Position numbers and translations under genes: made by a program
Part shown: positions 24,944 through 38,730 of the stretch, one piece after another
Layout: each line of letters opens with the position of its first letter
Numbering within the stretch: the first letter of the stretch is position 1
From: Octopus sinensis
Taxonomy: Eukaryota
Length of the DNA stretch: 64,000 bases
Direction: 5' to 3'
Assembly: GCF_006345805.1 (NCBI RefSeq)
Contig: NC_043016.1
Location: 5,208,001 to 5,272,000, forward strand
Notes under the pieces: model-generated
What the model saw: only the letters and a program-made list of their open reading frames with translations
Databases searched by the model: none
Told to the model about the DNA's origin: nothing

Positions 24944-25976
24944 TGCTCTTATATTATTGTTTGCCGCTGTTTTTTTTATTTTTTTTGTTGTCACTATTTT
25001 TGTTGCTATGGTGATTGTTATTGATGCTGCTGCTGCTTTTGCTGTTGTTATTGACAGTTAGTTTGTGTTGTTTTTGTTTTAGTTGCTGCTGCTATTGTCA
25101 ATGTTGTTGTTGTTGTTTTTAACCCTAGGTTAGCCTATGACTGGATAGACAAACCTATAGTGAATGGCAATCCTATCCTCAACCATTCCATCAATTTTAA
25201 GGCATAATATAACCTGGACTATAATTTCCCACTGTGCCCCCACCTTTTTTTTTTGCAACCTGTTTTCATGATACAAAGGTGTGGTTTGAGAAAAATTTGG
25301 CTGATATTTCTAGCAGGTCCACTGAGTAACCAAACCATTTGAAGCCTCTCGCATTAGCTTGCACCAAAGTTAGCCTTCAGTTGGAGAAGATATCTACAGA
25401 AACTGTCTTCTGCCATGATATTACCATTTCATTCACACATGCATACATCCATAAGTTGCATCACACACACAAACATCCACAAGTTGTCTCACACACACGC
25501 ACATACACACACTCGTACTTACACATCTACAAGCTGTTACTCACACATCTACAAGCTGTTACATACACACATGCATACACATTATGCACACCCATCCACA
25601 AGCTGTCACACACACACACACACACACACTCACACATAACACATCCATAAGTTGCCACACACACATCCACAAGTTGTCCCTCACACACACATACATACTC
25701 ATACACATTCACTCATCCACAAGTTGTCTCTCACACACACACACACATACACACACACGCACATCCGCATACTGTCACACACACACACAGAAATTCCTCC
25801 CAAACCTGAACTTATTTTAATGAACAGTAATACAATTTGCTCTAATTACAACCAACCACTGCTACTGCTGCTGCTATTACAACTGTTGTGGTTACTACTA
25901 CTACTACTGCTGCTGTTGCTGCTACAACTACAGCCACCAGTACTTTTACCACTGCTACTACTACTACTACTACTAC

Positions 25977-26027
<51 letters not shown>

Positions 26028-26032
<5 letters not shown>

Positions 26033-27222
26033 CAATGTACAAAGCATTCACTGCAGTAATATCACAAAGATTGAACAAGCACCTGGACGAAAACAACCTG
26101 TTTCCAGAAGAGCAGAAAGGATGCCGCAAAGGCTCTTATGGCTGTAAAGATTAACAAATGATCAATGAAGCCATAACTGAAGACAGCTGCAGAAAGAAGA
26201 AAAGCCTCAGTATGGCCTGGATCGTCTACCAAAAGGCGTTTGATAGCATTCCCCACACGTGGACCCTCGAAACACTAGCCATTAACAAGGTAGCACCAAC
26301 AATTATAAAAAACATAGGACACTCTATGAATAAATGGCAAACAGTCCTACACCTCCAAACAAAAGAGGGTCTTGTCAAAACCAAAGCCATCCCTATTAGA
26401 AGAGGAATATTCCAGGGAGACACGCTCTCTCCACTCCTTTTCTACTTGGCACTGTCACCTCTATCTGATATGCTAAATAGAACTGGATGCGGATACAAAT
26501 GTTACGGCAAAACGATCAGCCACCTTTTATATATGGATGACCTAAAACTATACGCTACAAATGACAAACAGCTGGAAACACTACTAAAGACAGTTCATGG
26601 ATTTACCAAAGAAATAGATATGAAATTTGGATTAAAAAAATGCGCCAAAGCAACCCTGAAAAGAGGAAAACTAGTTAAGAGTAGCAACATCACACTAGAT
26701 AAAATCAATGAAATAAGAGAATTAGACCGAAGCCAAACTTACAAATATTTAGGAATCCATGAACTAGATAAGACACAACACACACAAATGAAAGAGAAAA
26801 TAAAAAAAAGAATATTATAGACGAGTTAGATCAATACTAAAAACAGAGCTCAATGCTACAAACAAGATAATAGGTATTAACACTTTAGCCATCCCAGTTA
26901 TAAGTTACAGCTACAATAACCTTAACTGGACGCTAAATGAACTAACCAAAATAGATAGGAAAACAAGAAAAATAATGACAGGATCTAGGATGCATCACCC
27001 AAAACCAGACATAGAAAGGCTATATATACAACGTATAGAAGATGGTAGAGGCCTTATAAAGCTGGAAAACTTATTACAAAATAACCACCATAGGACTGCA
27101 AAAATATCTACTTCAGAAGCAAGGAAAACTGATACAAATAGCGGCAAAACATGAGCAGAACAAAAAATTGTTCTTGGTATTTAAGGAAGCTGACAAATAC
27201 AAACAAGAGATCATACCACCTA

Positions 27223-27254
<32 letters not shown>

Positions 27255-28214
27255 GAAGAAGAAGAAGAAGAAGAAGAAGAAGAAACACAACAAAAGCTAT
27301 AAAGCAAATGAAATCAAAACTAAAACTAAAACAGCAACGGACCATGATAAAGCGATGGCAAGAAAAGCCCCTTTATGGCAAATACTGGACTAAACTAAAT
27401 GCAAAAGAAATAGACAAAGAAAAATCCCAGCAATGGTTAAGAAGCTCGGGACTCAAAGCAGAGACAGAAGGATTTTTAATTGCAGCACAAGACCAAAGCC
27501 TCCTCACCAGAAATTACCAAAAACATATAATATAACAAGTAACTGCAGAATATGTGGAGATGGACAAGAAACAATAAATCATATTATCTCCGGCTGCCCA
27601 GTCCTGGCTAAGAAGGAATATATTCACAGACACGACAGAGTTGGGACCTACATACACTGGAAGCTATGCCAACATTATGGAATAACAACAGAAAAAAGAT
27701 GGTATAGGCACACACCAGAAAAGGTCACAGAAAACGAGAAAGCAACCATACTCTGGGATATGCCAATACACACAGATAGAGAAATTAAGGCCAACAGACC
27801 AGATATAGTTGTCAGAGATCATGAAGAAAAAAAATGCTTTCTAATTGATGTATCAATACCGGCAGATGACAACGTTTCTCTAAAAGAAATGGAGAAACTT
27901 TCAAAATACAAAGACCTGGAAATAGAGGTAACCAGAATGTGGAATCTAAAAACAGAAACAATCCCTATCATAGTAGGTGCATTAGGCATGATAAAAAAAA
28001 TATTCAGACAAATACATAGCAAAAACACCAGGACTTACAAACACATATAACATACAGAAAATTGCACTACTAGGCACTGCACACATCCTACGCAGAACAC
28101 TTTCAATACAGTAACTATAAGAGTATCACAACAAAGCACAGCACCTACCTAAGGCACACAGAGCTGCGCTCGGTAGTGAAGTGAAAGCACGATATAAAAT
28201 AAAACTACTGAATG
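26028..28214 (+). mobile_element. 5'-truncated R4/Dong-clade LINE (RT, CCHC knuckle, restriction-like endonuclease), pseudogenised
   Basis: YQKAFDSIPH, GIFQGDTLSPLLF, LYMDDLKL, CRICG..ETINHIISGC, RHD, RPDIV..LIDVSIP..KLSKYKDL; internal stops and frameshifts; (TAA)n on both flanks. Confidence 0.93.
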
Positions 28215-28250
<36 letters not shown>

Positions 28251-28270
28251 TAATAATAATAATAATAATA

Positions 28271-28313
<43 letters not shown>

Positions 28314-28439
28314 CGACGACGACGACGATGACGACGATGATGATGGCGATGGTGATGGTGATGGTGATGGTGGTGGTGATGGTGATGATGATGGTGATGG
28401 TGATGGTGATGATGATGGTAATAATAATAATAATAATAA

Positions 28440-28991
28440 ATGCCCTAATGCAGTACCAGACAGTGGCTCTCATGGTTTCTGATCTTAACTGATTGGAAGT
28501 GTTATCATGTACATTGTTTTATCTTGGTATAAAAGATGGACAACAGCAAATATTCTGCTCAATACCACAGATTTGCTTGTCAGTTGTTTGACCTTAACCA
28601 GTTGAGCATGTTACTTAGTGGCTGACAATATGTACATCTCTGATCACAAGCAGAAGTAGTGGGGTAGCATCATGTGTTGAGAGGGATTCGTTGGAGTTTG
28701 AATAATTCACCTCTGGAAACATGGGTGTTTCGTTCAACATCTTTAAACAATCCTTATTCAGGGACCTTTTGAGCGGGATGGGTTACTCAACCAGAAGAAA
28801 ATTCTAACTGGGCCCCACCTGCAAGGTCATGCACTGTTTATCTTGATATGAGATCACCATGTCGCGCACATACGCTTGTGATGCATGTGCCTGGTGTACC
28901 CTTATCAGACGGGTAGTCTTGATGGGTATACTGGGCTTCGTATATTTTACCTCAGTCTCACTTTGATGGCATGAACTGCTCTCTCACTCAA
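28440..28991 (+). mobile_element. Non-coding interspersed element of about 550 bp flanked by (TAA)n; truncated copy at 37075-37228 (-)
   Basis: Both copies share the end ...ctctctcactcaataataat and both sit between TAA runs. Confidence 0.65.
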
Positions 28992-29004
28992 TAATAATAA
29001 TAAT

Positions 29005-29054
<50 letters not shown>

Positions 29055-29074
29055 TAATAATAATGGTGATGATT

Positions 29075-29495
29075 TCATTTATTTGCCCCAAGGGCAAATG
29101 ATGAGGGGAACAATGCAAAGGCAGACATAAAGAGTGTGGATTTATATATAATAATGAAATGATAAAGGAAAAAGGTAAGTATACACGGTATACACTGAAA
29201 AAGAAGAAGGGACATATGCATCGAGGATGATGATAGAGATATGTCCCTCCTGATACAGGAACGCCTCTAGGAATGATCGAGAAACCCCACTGTCTGAGAT
29301 TTCTCTGAAACACCAAGAACAAGTGCCCTCGCCAATTCCTTGTCTCCGACTCTCAGGCCTACGCTTAGAGAGGTACCATCAACTCTTGCCATTTTCGCAC
29401 CTTTCTCCCACTTTTCAATAAACTCATTCCACGACAGCATTTCTCTCTCCATTCGCAATTTCTTTTTCGAGGGAAACTTGAAAAAGTCAATGAGA
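29075..29495 (-). mobile_element. 3' end of an L1/Tx1-like LINE; 3' UTR fragment also at about 35960-36060
   Basis: RKKLRMEREMLSWNEFIEKWEKGAKMARVDGTSLSV resembles Tx1-type ORF2 C-termini; the UTR segment is repeated in the window. Confidence 0.55.
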
Positions 29496-29509
29496 AATGA
29501 TAATAATAA

Positions 29510-29755
29510 TCCTTTCTACTATAGGCCTGAAATTTTGGGGTGAAGGGGATAAGTCGATTACATTGACCCTAGTGCATAACTGGTACTTATTTCATCAACC
29601 CCGAAAGGACAAAAAGCAAAGTCAACCTAGTCGGAATTTGAACTTAGAACATGAAGACAGATAAAATTCACTTAGCATTTTGCCCAATATGCTAATGATG
29701 ATGATGACAATAATAATAATAAGAATAATAATAATAATAATGATGATAATAATAA

Positions 29756-29786
<31 letters not shown>

Positions 29787-30090
29787 AATAATCCTTTCTC
29801 ATTTCTTTACTGCCCACAAAGGGCTACACATGGATTAAGTCAATTAAGTCAACGCCAGTGTGTAACTGGTACTTATTTAATTGACCCCAAAAGGATGAAA
29901 GACAAAGTCAACCTTGGCGGAATTCGAACTCATAACGTAATGGCAGACAAAATAGCACTAAGCATTTCACCCTGTGTGCTAATGTTTCTGCTAGCTCGCC
30001 GCCTTATAATGATCCTTTCTACTGAAGGTACGAGGCCTGAAATTTGAGGGGAGGGTGACAAGTCAATTATATCAACCACAGTGTTTCATT
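29510..30090 (-). mobile_element. Cluster of three SINE family C copies separated by (TAA)n
   Basis: Three repeats of ctggtacttattt..ccccgaaaggatgaaag.caaagtcaacc or its flanking segment. Confidence 0.75.
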
Positions 30091-30614
30091 TAAGACCAGA
30101 TTTAAACCATGGGTGGGGGGAGGCACTTCAAGTTTGGTGGGCCCCTTATACACTAAAATTTAAATCTTAAAAAATTACCAAATTTAAATCTCAAAACCCT
30201 GAGAATTTAAATAAATGACTGAAAATGTCGCTTTTAGGTACACTTTTCATAATTCAAATTTCGTTTTTCACACATCCACTTGCAGTATTTGACGTTTCTT
30301 TTATTGTGAAAAATACAAAGAAGTGGGGAAGAACAGGTAAGATTTTTTTTTTCTTAATATGAGTTACAAATGTTTCAGAATAAGATAACATGAAATAAAA
30401 TTATGAAAAAGAAAAATATATCATTTCAGTGGTTGTTGTTACAATGGTATGATGAGTATGTTTGTATGAGGGGAGAGACAAATATTGAAAAGACATGGAT
30501 TTTAAAAACTTTTGTTTTAAAAAGGCTTCCTTTCATTGTTTTGCAATGCATGAAAAAAAGGGAAAATGCTGACAAACTTTGCAAAATTCCAACATATATG
30601 GGAAATCTATTCCA

Positions 30615-31870
30615 AAAGAATTCTGTTTCTCCAGCAGATGACAACATATGAGCTCTGGTCTTCTCATAGTTCTTTGCAATAGCAAGAACTAGTTCTTCTG
30701 AAATGCCATATGCTTGTAGGATATTTTGTAACAATGGGTGCTATCAAACCCATTGCTGAAGTCCATGAAGATTATAATGGCAGGTAGCTGCCTTGATTTA
30801 ACTCCTTTGATATGCCTCAGGGCTAAATTTTCCCCAGTCTAAATCCATTTAAATTTGTTCTTAGATGGCTATCAATCACCTGTTGAATCCTGTTAAGGAT
30901 CATTCAGTTGATGACTTTGAGAGAGATATTAGACAGTGGATTTCCTCTGTAGTTAGTTTCATTGCTGAGGTTTCCTGACTTTGGGATGGATATCAAGTTA
31001 ATCTCAGACCACTGATCTGGACTTTTTTGGTTCTGCAAGAGTTTATTCGCAAAATCCAATATTATTTCATCCAGATTGCACGTCTTGATAACTTCAGGGG
31101 GAATTTCATCAGGGCCAGCAGCTCTTCCAGTCAATTTTTGGCACTCTGAATTCTTTCAAAACTAGCTGGGGTGTTATATGGAGATACAGTGACGAAGATC
31201 TTGATTTCATCATATACCAGCAATAATCATGGGAAGTGCCAGCAGTAACCATCACAGACCTGGACTTCATAGATGATACACCACTCTTATTAAATAGATC
31301 ACTCATAGCTAATAGATCAAGCTCAACAGCTGCTCAGCAGAGTAGAAGCATCAGCTGTCAAAGTTGGACTGCACACAAATGTCAAGAAAACTGAATACAT
31401 GTCCTTCAAACAATCAAGTGACGCTGACCTGTTTGTTTTGAATTGTTCCAAATTGAATGTTGCTGAAGACTTTAGGTGGTTAGGTGAGCAGTTTGGGAGC
31501 AGACATCAAGATTGGGAAGGCACAAGTATGGACAGCCTGTCACAAACTAAAGAAAGTCTGGAACATGAAATTGGCCAGGCAAATCAAAATGAAGCTGTTC
31601 ATTGCAACTGTTGAATCAGTGCTGTTAAATGGCAATGAAATATGGACGCTGACAAAGAAATGATCAAATGGGCTAAATTGATGCTACACAAGGATGCTAC
31701 AAATGGCTGTAAATGTGAAATGGCAGCAACATATGACAAAGGAAATGCCTTTACGGAGACCTGCCAAAGGTTAGCGAGAAGATCACACAGAGAAGGCCTA
31801 CAACTATCTGATTAATGTGTATGTGATTCTAAGCTGGGAGCATCCAAGTCAGCCTCGTGGAACCCACTTC
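30615..31870. mobile_element. RTE LINE with inverted 5' RT half (30615-31140, minus) and forward 3' half (31140-31870, plus)
   Basis: Minus: AAGPDEIPPE..NYRG..FMDFSNGFDS..GETEFF. Plus: SEFF..GVLYGDT..ITDLDFIDD..KVGLHTNVKKTEYM..ESVLLNGNEIWTL. Confidence 0.85.
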
Positions 31871-32397
31871 ATGGTTATGTAAGCAGAAGAAAACATTGTC
31901 ACACATCAACAGTGATGATCGACTGAGAAGTGTAGCAGGTAGACTTTGTGGCCATAATAATAAATGATATTCTGAAAGTCTGTTTTTCCTGTTTCCAGTA
32001 AGGTGTCGGGGCACAATAAATAAAATTTACTGCATTTTTTGACTTTGATAAAAAAATATTTTTATAAATGTTCAATATCTAACAAAAACTACATCAGTTA
32101 AGCAAACGACCTTCTCTAAATGCATCAAAAACCACTAAAACATTCAGGACACTATTTCAGAAAATTACTTCTGTTCTTTTTGAGCATATAAAAGACAAAT
32201 TTAGAGGAGTCAAAATGAGCAAGAAAAGCTATGGTAAATTTGTCTCTTCAATTCTCAAGAATTACATTTGAAAAAAACTCATAGACATCAATATCTAAGT
32301 CAAATGAAAGGGAATCATGGAAAAATGGCATAATATGAAATTGACAAAACTTGACTAAATCAAAAACAATCAACATAAAATATTCTACATTATTTTC

Positions 32398-32686
32398 ATT
32401 ATTTACATTAGACAGATATTTGTCCTCATCTTGTTTGTTGTTAACACAATGTTTCAGCTGATATACACTCCAGCCTTCATCAGGTGTTTTGGGAAAATTT
32501 CGAACTTGGGTTCTCAGGTTCGAAATTCTTAGGAATGAAAACCCAGATTCAAAATTTCCCCAAGACACTGGAGGGTATATCAGCCAAAACGTAGTGTTAA
32601 CAACAAACAAGATGAGGACAAATATCCATCAAATGTAAATAATGTAAATACTGTACATAATTCCTCATCTCTTAAATATAGAACAA
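32398..32686. mobile_element. Palindromic, head-less copy of element HA with two hammerhead halves facing outward
   Basis: Minus hammerhead at 32443-32488 (CTGATGA..GAAA); plus copy at about 32563-32600 lacks its core; a tail at each end. Confidence 0.8.
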
Positions 32687-33390
32687 TAAAATATTCTCTA
32701 TAGCTTCTTCACAATCTGCCAGAGTGGTTTTCATATAAACCCTCAAACTTTTCAATTTTTTGGAACTCTCAAAACACACAAGTATTCATACAACTATGAA
32801 AATATTTTTTTTTAATTTTTCGAATTTTTTTTTTTTTTTTACAGACTGTCCTAAATTTTGACTTCAGCCACAGCAATAGACTATTAAATATGTTTATGGG
32901 GAGAAAGATATTGAAAAACATCAATACATCAGAGTGACAAAGAAACAAGGAGGGTATCAGGTGGTCGTGAGATGTGCTAAAGATAACAGCTAAATAGCCT
33001 TTAAATCAAACACAAAAACTTTTTCTTTTTACATAGTCATATGAATTCCCATGTGTAGAATACAAATTTGCAAAGCTTTTCTGAAAATTCCAAAAACTAG
33101 AAAAAGTTATATGGGGTACTTAAAGCAGAATTCCACCTGGTTTTCTTTCTGATACATTTATGCTCCATGCAATTAAAGAGAAGAGATTATTGTAATTAGC
33201 CATTACTCATTTTGCTGCAGTTTAGACGTCAGTTTTTGAAAATTGAAAATTATCAAATTAAAAATTGACTTGGAACCCAAGAGAGGAAAGAATTTGGATT
33301 GTTGAACATCCAAAATTGTTTAGATATTTTATTAGCAATCTCAGTTACAACTGGGTTAAAGCTGAGGGAAAATTTCTTGAAAATAAAGTA

Positions 33391-33957
33391 TTGGGTTGTC
33401 CGGAAAGTTCATGCCGATTTATAGTAGCTTACATTTCGACATATTTTAGAACATGGTTGAGTCCATAAAATAGAATTTGACTACACTTCCATTTAGAGCA
33501 CAGTTTAAGCTATCTTTTCATGGAAGAAGGTTTATGTTCTTATAACTTGTGTTAATTCTGTAACCCTTTAAAAAAGAAAATAAGAAAGTTCCTTTTCGTC
33601 ACTTGATGCTTTGGGAACCAGACAAAAAAATTGCTGCAGCTCGACTGGGATGTGTTACCCCAGCCTCCATATTCACCATATATTGCTCCTTTGGATTTCC
33701 ACTTATTCAGGTCTCTGCAGAATAGTCTTAATGGTAAAAATTTCAATTCCTTGAATGATGTAAAAAGATACCTTGATGAATTCTTTGCCATGAAACCACC
33801 TCAATTCTGGGAAGAGGGTATTTTCAAGTTAAAGGAAAGAGGGAGACACATTGTGCAACAAAATGGTTCATGCTTCGTTGATTAAAAATGTAATGGCAAG
33901 TATTTATTGACCTTTTTTTTCCTTTAAAAATCGGCACGAACTTCCCGGACAACCTAA
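33391..33957 (+). mobile_element. Internally deleted mariner (DD34D) element
   Basis: 30-bp TIRs ttgggttgtccggaaagttcatgccgattt / aaatcggcacgaacttcccggacaacctaa, TA on both sides, C-terminal transposase remnant WDVLPQPPYSPYIAPLDFHLFRSLQNSL. Confidence 0.93.
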
Positions 33958-34634
33958 TACCTGTTACCTGACGGTTTCAAACTGCTTCAACTGCAACAAC
34001 AACGATGGTGGTCGATGTTTACTTCCAAAGATGATGCAAGAGTACAAAATGATGATGCAATACTTGCAATGTAATGTTTTCAGACAAGCAGTGAAAAAAT
34101 AAGGAGAAATTGGCCATAACTATTTTGCCCCACTTTCCTGTAGTTATTTCACGTATTTGACAAAATGATGTAAAATAGTGTAAAAGAAAGAAAGAAAAAG
34201 ATTCGGTTTAATGAATATATGTGAGCAGAAAAGCAATAATTCTAAAGCTGTTAAGAAATGTAATTTTATAATTAAAACTAAATTCAAAATTTTAATTTTA
34301 CTTACTTGCTCTTTCCTAAAATAAGACCAGTTTTCTATGCTTCACTGAAATAATGAATTTTACAGTGGCAACATTTGTGCTCAGTCATGTATTGAAGGAA
34401 AGAATTTGAACTAGAGATGATAACTTCTATCAATCTCTTTATCTATCTTTATATACGTCCATACTTTCTTTCTCTCTCCTCTCTCACACACACACACACA
34501 CACACACAAATGCATGCACTCACAAACACACAGATGCACATGCACAGGTACATACATATATACATATATGAACGCCATGATAGACCGTTAGCTCCTACAC
34601 ACATTTTTTTCTCTCCTTGTTTCTTTTCTGTGTA

Positions 34635-34672
34635 TCTTTCTGTCAAAGAACGTAGGCTTGAAACGTAAAAGA
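34635..34672 (+). ncRNA. Degenerate minimal hammerhead motif, family E, in a repeat at about 34560-34772
   Basis: tcttt CTGTCAA agaacgtaggctt GAAA c gta aaaga; stem I tcttt/aaaga is perfect; palindromic ACGT stem III. Confidence 0.5.
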
Positions 34673-35249
34673 CTTGTTCTATTTCAATTCCTGAGCACCA
34701 TACTAAAACATTTATTTGTTTGTACTCCACCTGCCTTCGTCTTTTGTTTATTTTCGTAAACCTTCCCATTACATATATACATACATTTTTTGGAGTCTTT
34801 TGTTGCTTTCTGTCAATGTCCCAAAAGGAACTACAATTAATTCCCATGGAAATTGCGGCTGCTTTTGGAATGGGTAGCAAAGTGTTTTTTTATTGAATGA
34901 ACTGATGTCCCCAATGCAGTTAAAACTGGTTGTTTATCAAAAATAGGGTTCATTACATTTTTTATAATATATTTGTTCGTTGAAAGAGAGCCTCAGCATG
35001 TAAGATTGCTGAGAGATGGGGGGGGGGGCTATATTGAGTGCTACATACCCTTCATTGCAGGATGTTCAGGGTAACTGCCCTCTTTAACCTCCTATAAATC
35101 CAGCCCTGGTTTCACTGGTACTTAATTTATTGACCTTGAAAGGATGAAAGACAAAGTCAACCTTGGTGAAATTTGAATTCAGAACATAGCAACAGTTAAA
35201 ATACTGATAACCATTTCCTCCAACATGCTAGCAATTCTGCTAGCTCGCC

Positions 35250-35763
35250 GGAACTTGACAGAGCAAAAAATTGGTACGACCATAAACCCGAAGGCATTGT
35301 CGAAAATAGAAATGTAAAGATCCTATGGGATTTTATGATTCAGTGCGACCATGATATTTAGAATAGGAAGCCGGTCATAGTCTTAATTGAGAAAGAAAAC
35401 AAACTATGCTGGATCATAGACGTAGCATGCCCAGCTGACAATAAGGTATGCAATAAGGAAGAAAGAAAAGTCGAGAGATATGACAGGTTAGCTTGGGAAG
35501 TTAAGCAGTTAGGGTCAATTAAAAAGGTAGCTGTAGTACCAATAATTGTCAGATCCCTAGGAATTGTGAGAAAAAGATCTTGAGAAGTACATGGAACAAA
35601 TAGGGGCTGCAATAAGGGTGGAGCACCTGCAGAAAACAGCACAGCTTGGAACTGCTCGAATATTCCGGAAGGTGCTCGAAAAATAAGAGGTGTTAGCTTA
35701 GTTCACTGGTAGTGAACAGCTGACACTGTAATACATCTCCAGCATTAGAAGCTGTGTAAAGGC

Positions 35764-35765
<2 letters not shown>
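35250..35765 (+). mobile_element. Second R4/Dong-like LINE 3' fragment (restriction-like endonuclease), ending in (TAA)n
   Basis: NWYDHKPEGIVENRNVKILWDFMIQCDH..CWIIDVACPAD..KVERYDRLAWEV..HLQKTAQLGTARIFRKVL. Confidence 0.88.
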
Positions 35766-35796
<31 letters not shown>

Positions 35797-38119
35797 TCTT
35801 TCTACTATAAGCACAAGGCCTAAAGTTTGGTGGGAGGGTTTACATGACCCCTGTGCATAACTGGTACTTAATTTATCGACCCTGAAAGGATGAAAGGCAA
35901 AGTTGACATTGGCAGAATTTCAACTTAGAACCTAGCAATGAGCAAAATACTGGTAAGCATTTCCTTGCCACCAGGGCAAAGGATGAGGGGGACAATACAA
36001 AGACAGGCACCAATTGTTTGGGTTTACATATAATGAAAGGATAAAATAATTAAAAGTATAAGAAGAAGAATGAGGAGGAGGAGGAGGAGGAAGAAGAAGA
36101 AGAAGAAGGAGAAGAAAAAGAAGAAGAAGAAGAAGAAGAAGAAGAAGAAGAAGATCACTACTAACACCACAAGTGCTACCTCCACCACCCTCACCACCAG
36201 TAATACTACTACTACTGCTATACTACTGCTACTACTTCTATTTCTACTATAACCATGACCAATGCAACTACCACTATTAATACAACTACTCTTACTGTTA
36301 CTCCTACTACCAGCACCAGCAACAACCTTGTTACTACTGCTACCACTGTTATACTCCCACCACTACAACTGCTACTACTACCCCACCACTACCTATGCTG
36401 CTTCTACTGCTACTACTACCATTAATACCATTATGACCACCATCACCACCACCACTAACTATTAGCTACTACTACGACGACGACGACCACCACCACTACT
36501 GCTACCAGTGCATGTTATTTCTCTACTCAAGTTTCATCAATCTGTTCTGAAGGAGACAGATTTTGGACGGCTCAAATATAATTTATAACTGAAATGAGCT
36601 TAACTTTTTAAACCTATTTCTTTACTACCCACAAGGGGCTAAACACAGAAGAAACAAACAAGGACAGACAAACGGATTAAGTTGATTATATCGACCCCAG
36701 TGCATAACTGGTACTTATTGTATCGACCCCGAAAGGATGAAAGGCAAAGTTGACCTCGGTGGAATTTGAACTTAGAACATAGCAACAGACGAAATACCGC
36801 TAAGCATTTCGCCCGGCATGCTAACGGTTCTGCCAGCTCGCTGCCTTCTGTTTTCTATTACTTTTCTCTGCCGCTTAATATCATCATCGTCATCGTCACC
36901 ATCAGTGCTATCATCGCTGTCAACATAGCCATTACTGTCATCATCATCGTTGTCATCATCGTAATCATCTTTGTCAACATCATAATCATCTTTATCAACA
37001 TCATCATCATCATCATCATCATCCTTATCATCATCATCATCATCATCATTACCACCATATTATTGTTATTATTATTGAGTGAGAGAGCAATGCATGACAT
37101 CAAAGTGACATTTGGGTAAATTCTACGAAGCCCAATATGCCCATCATGACTACCCATCTGATAAGGTTGCACCAAACTCATGCATCACAACCATATGTGC
37201 ACAACATGATGATCTCATATCATGATAACCATTATTATTATCTTTATTCCAATTAGCAATTTAGGTAAAATGCTTGGTAGCACTTAGTCCATCTTTACAT
37301 TCTGTGCTCAAATTCTGACATGATTGACTGACCTTGCCTTTCACCTTCCCGGGATGGTTTCAATGAAATAAAAGTACCTGCCAAGTACTAGGTGTAGGGG
37401 GTGGGGATGTTGTCAATGTAATTGACTTATCCCTCCCCTCAAAAACTGCTGGATCTGTGCCAAAATTTGAAGCTATTATTATTATTGTTGTTGTTGTTAT
37501 TATTTTTATTTATTTATTTGTTTGTTTGTTTATTGACTTATTTATTGTACATAAATTTTACGAATTAAATCAACCAAATGCATGGTGGGTGCCAAAGCAA
37601 AATAAGCAAGTGCCAAATAAAAGAATCTCCACTCAATAAAATAACCTGCTCTGTGACATTTAAAAGGGCTCAGCTTTTCTTTTCTTTTATCCTTCCTTTC
37701 TTTCTTCCTTTCCTATCTGCTCCCCCATGCTCACCCCACCTTCTTTTTATTCATTTTTTTAATGTCTACACCATTTAAAAAAAAATAACTTTGACTGAAA
37801 ACATCCCCCCACCCCACCCTAGTTTTGGAATTAAATACTTCATCAATTAATGATGTCTGTATGGGTCTGGCAATAAGGCGTCAGACTCCAATCCCTGTGA
37901 TTTAAAACTTACCCCCTTTATCCAGCTGATGTTAATTAGTGAGCTTATATTCTTAAGATTTCTTAACTCTTTCATGTTCAAAATTTTCACACACAACAAC
38001 TACATCATTAACAAACAACAACAACCAAAACAACAAAATAAGGCTTATGAGAAAACAACCAATGCATTATATATATATATGTATATATTCATATATATAT
38101 ATGTGTGTGCGTATGTGTG

Positions 38120-38178
<59 letters not shown>

Positions 38179-38187
38179 TAATGTATG

Positions 38188-38234
<47 letters not shown>

Positions 38235-38299
38235 GTACGTATGTATGTACGTATGTATGTATGTATGTATATATATACATCATGATCATCATTGTTGCT

Positions 38300-38730
38300 G
38301 CCATCATTTTTTTCCATGCTTGCATGAATTGCAACAGGTCTTCTCTAACACAGTGTCTCGCCACTTGTCGCGGTCCCTTGACATCTCCTTCATGGGGATC
38401 AGCTCTCTAAGATTAGATTTCACTACCTTTTTCCCATGTCTTCTCTCGTTTTCCCCTCCTTACTGTAATTTTCATTCACTTACATCTCCAGGCACTTCTT
38501 TACTCAACTGTCATCCCCCATATGTATCACATATCCATACCAACCCACCAACCTTTCTTATCCATACTACAGCTCATTCATCTTATACATAGTTCTCTCA
38601 GCTCATTTGTGTTCTGTCATTCATATATACTGATGCTATACATCCAATGAAGCATACTTGTCTCATTTCTTCCCGGCCTTCACACATCTTATGTAAAGGT
38701 ACACGTCTTAGAGCTGCACTCTCAACCATC
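38300..38730 (-). mobile_element. Old RTE LINE 3' fragment
   Basis: [29 protein letters not shown] parallels the C-terminus of the other RTE copies. Confidence 0.55.

Noticed and set aside
28440-28505. Faint U2 snRNA resemblance on the minus strand (atcagttaagatcaga, ctggtactgca)
   Set aside because: Matches are too short, with no branch-point recognition sequence or Sm site in the right arrangement.
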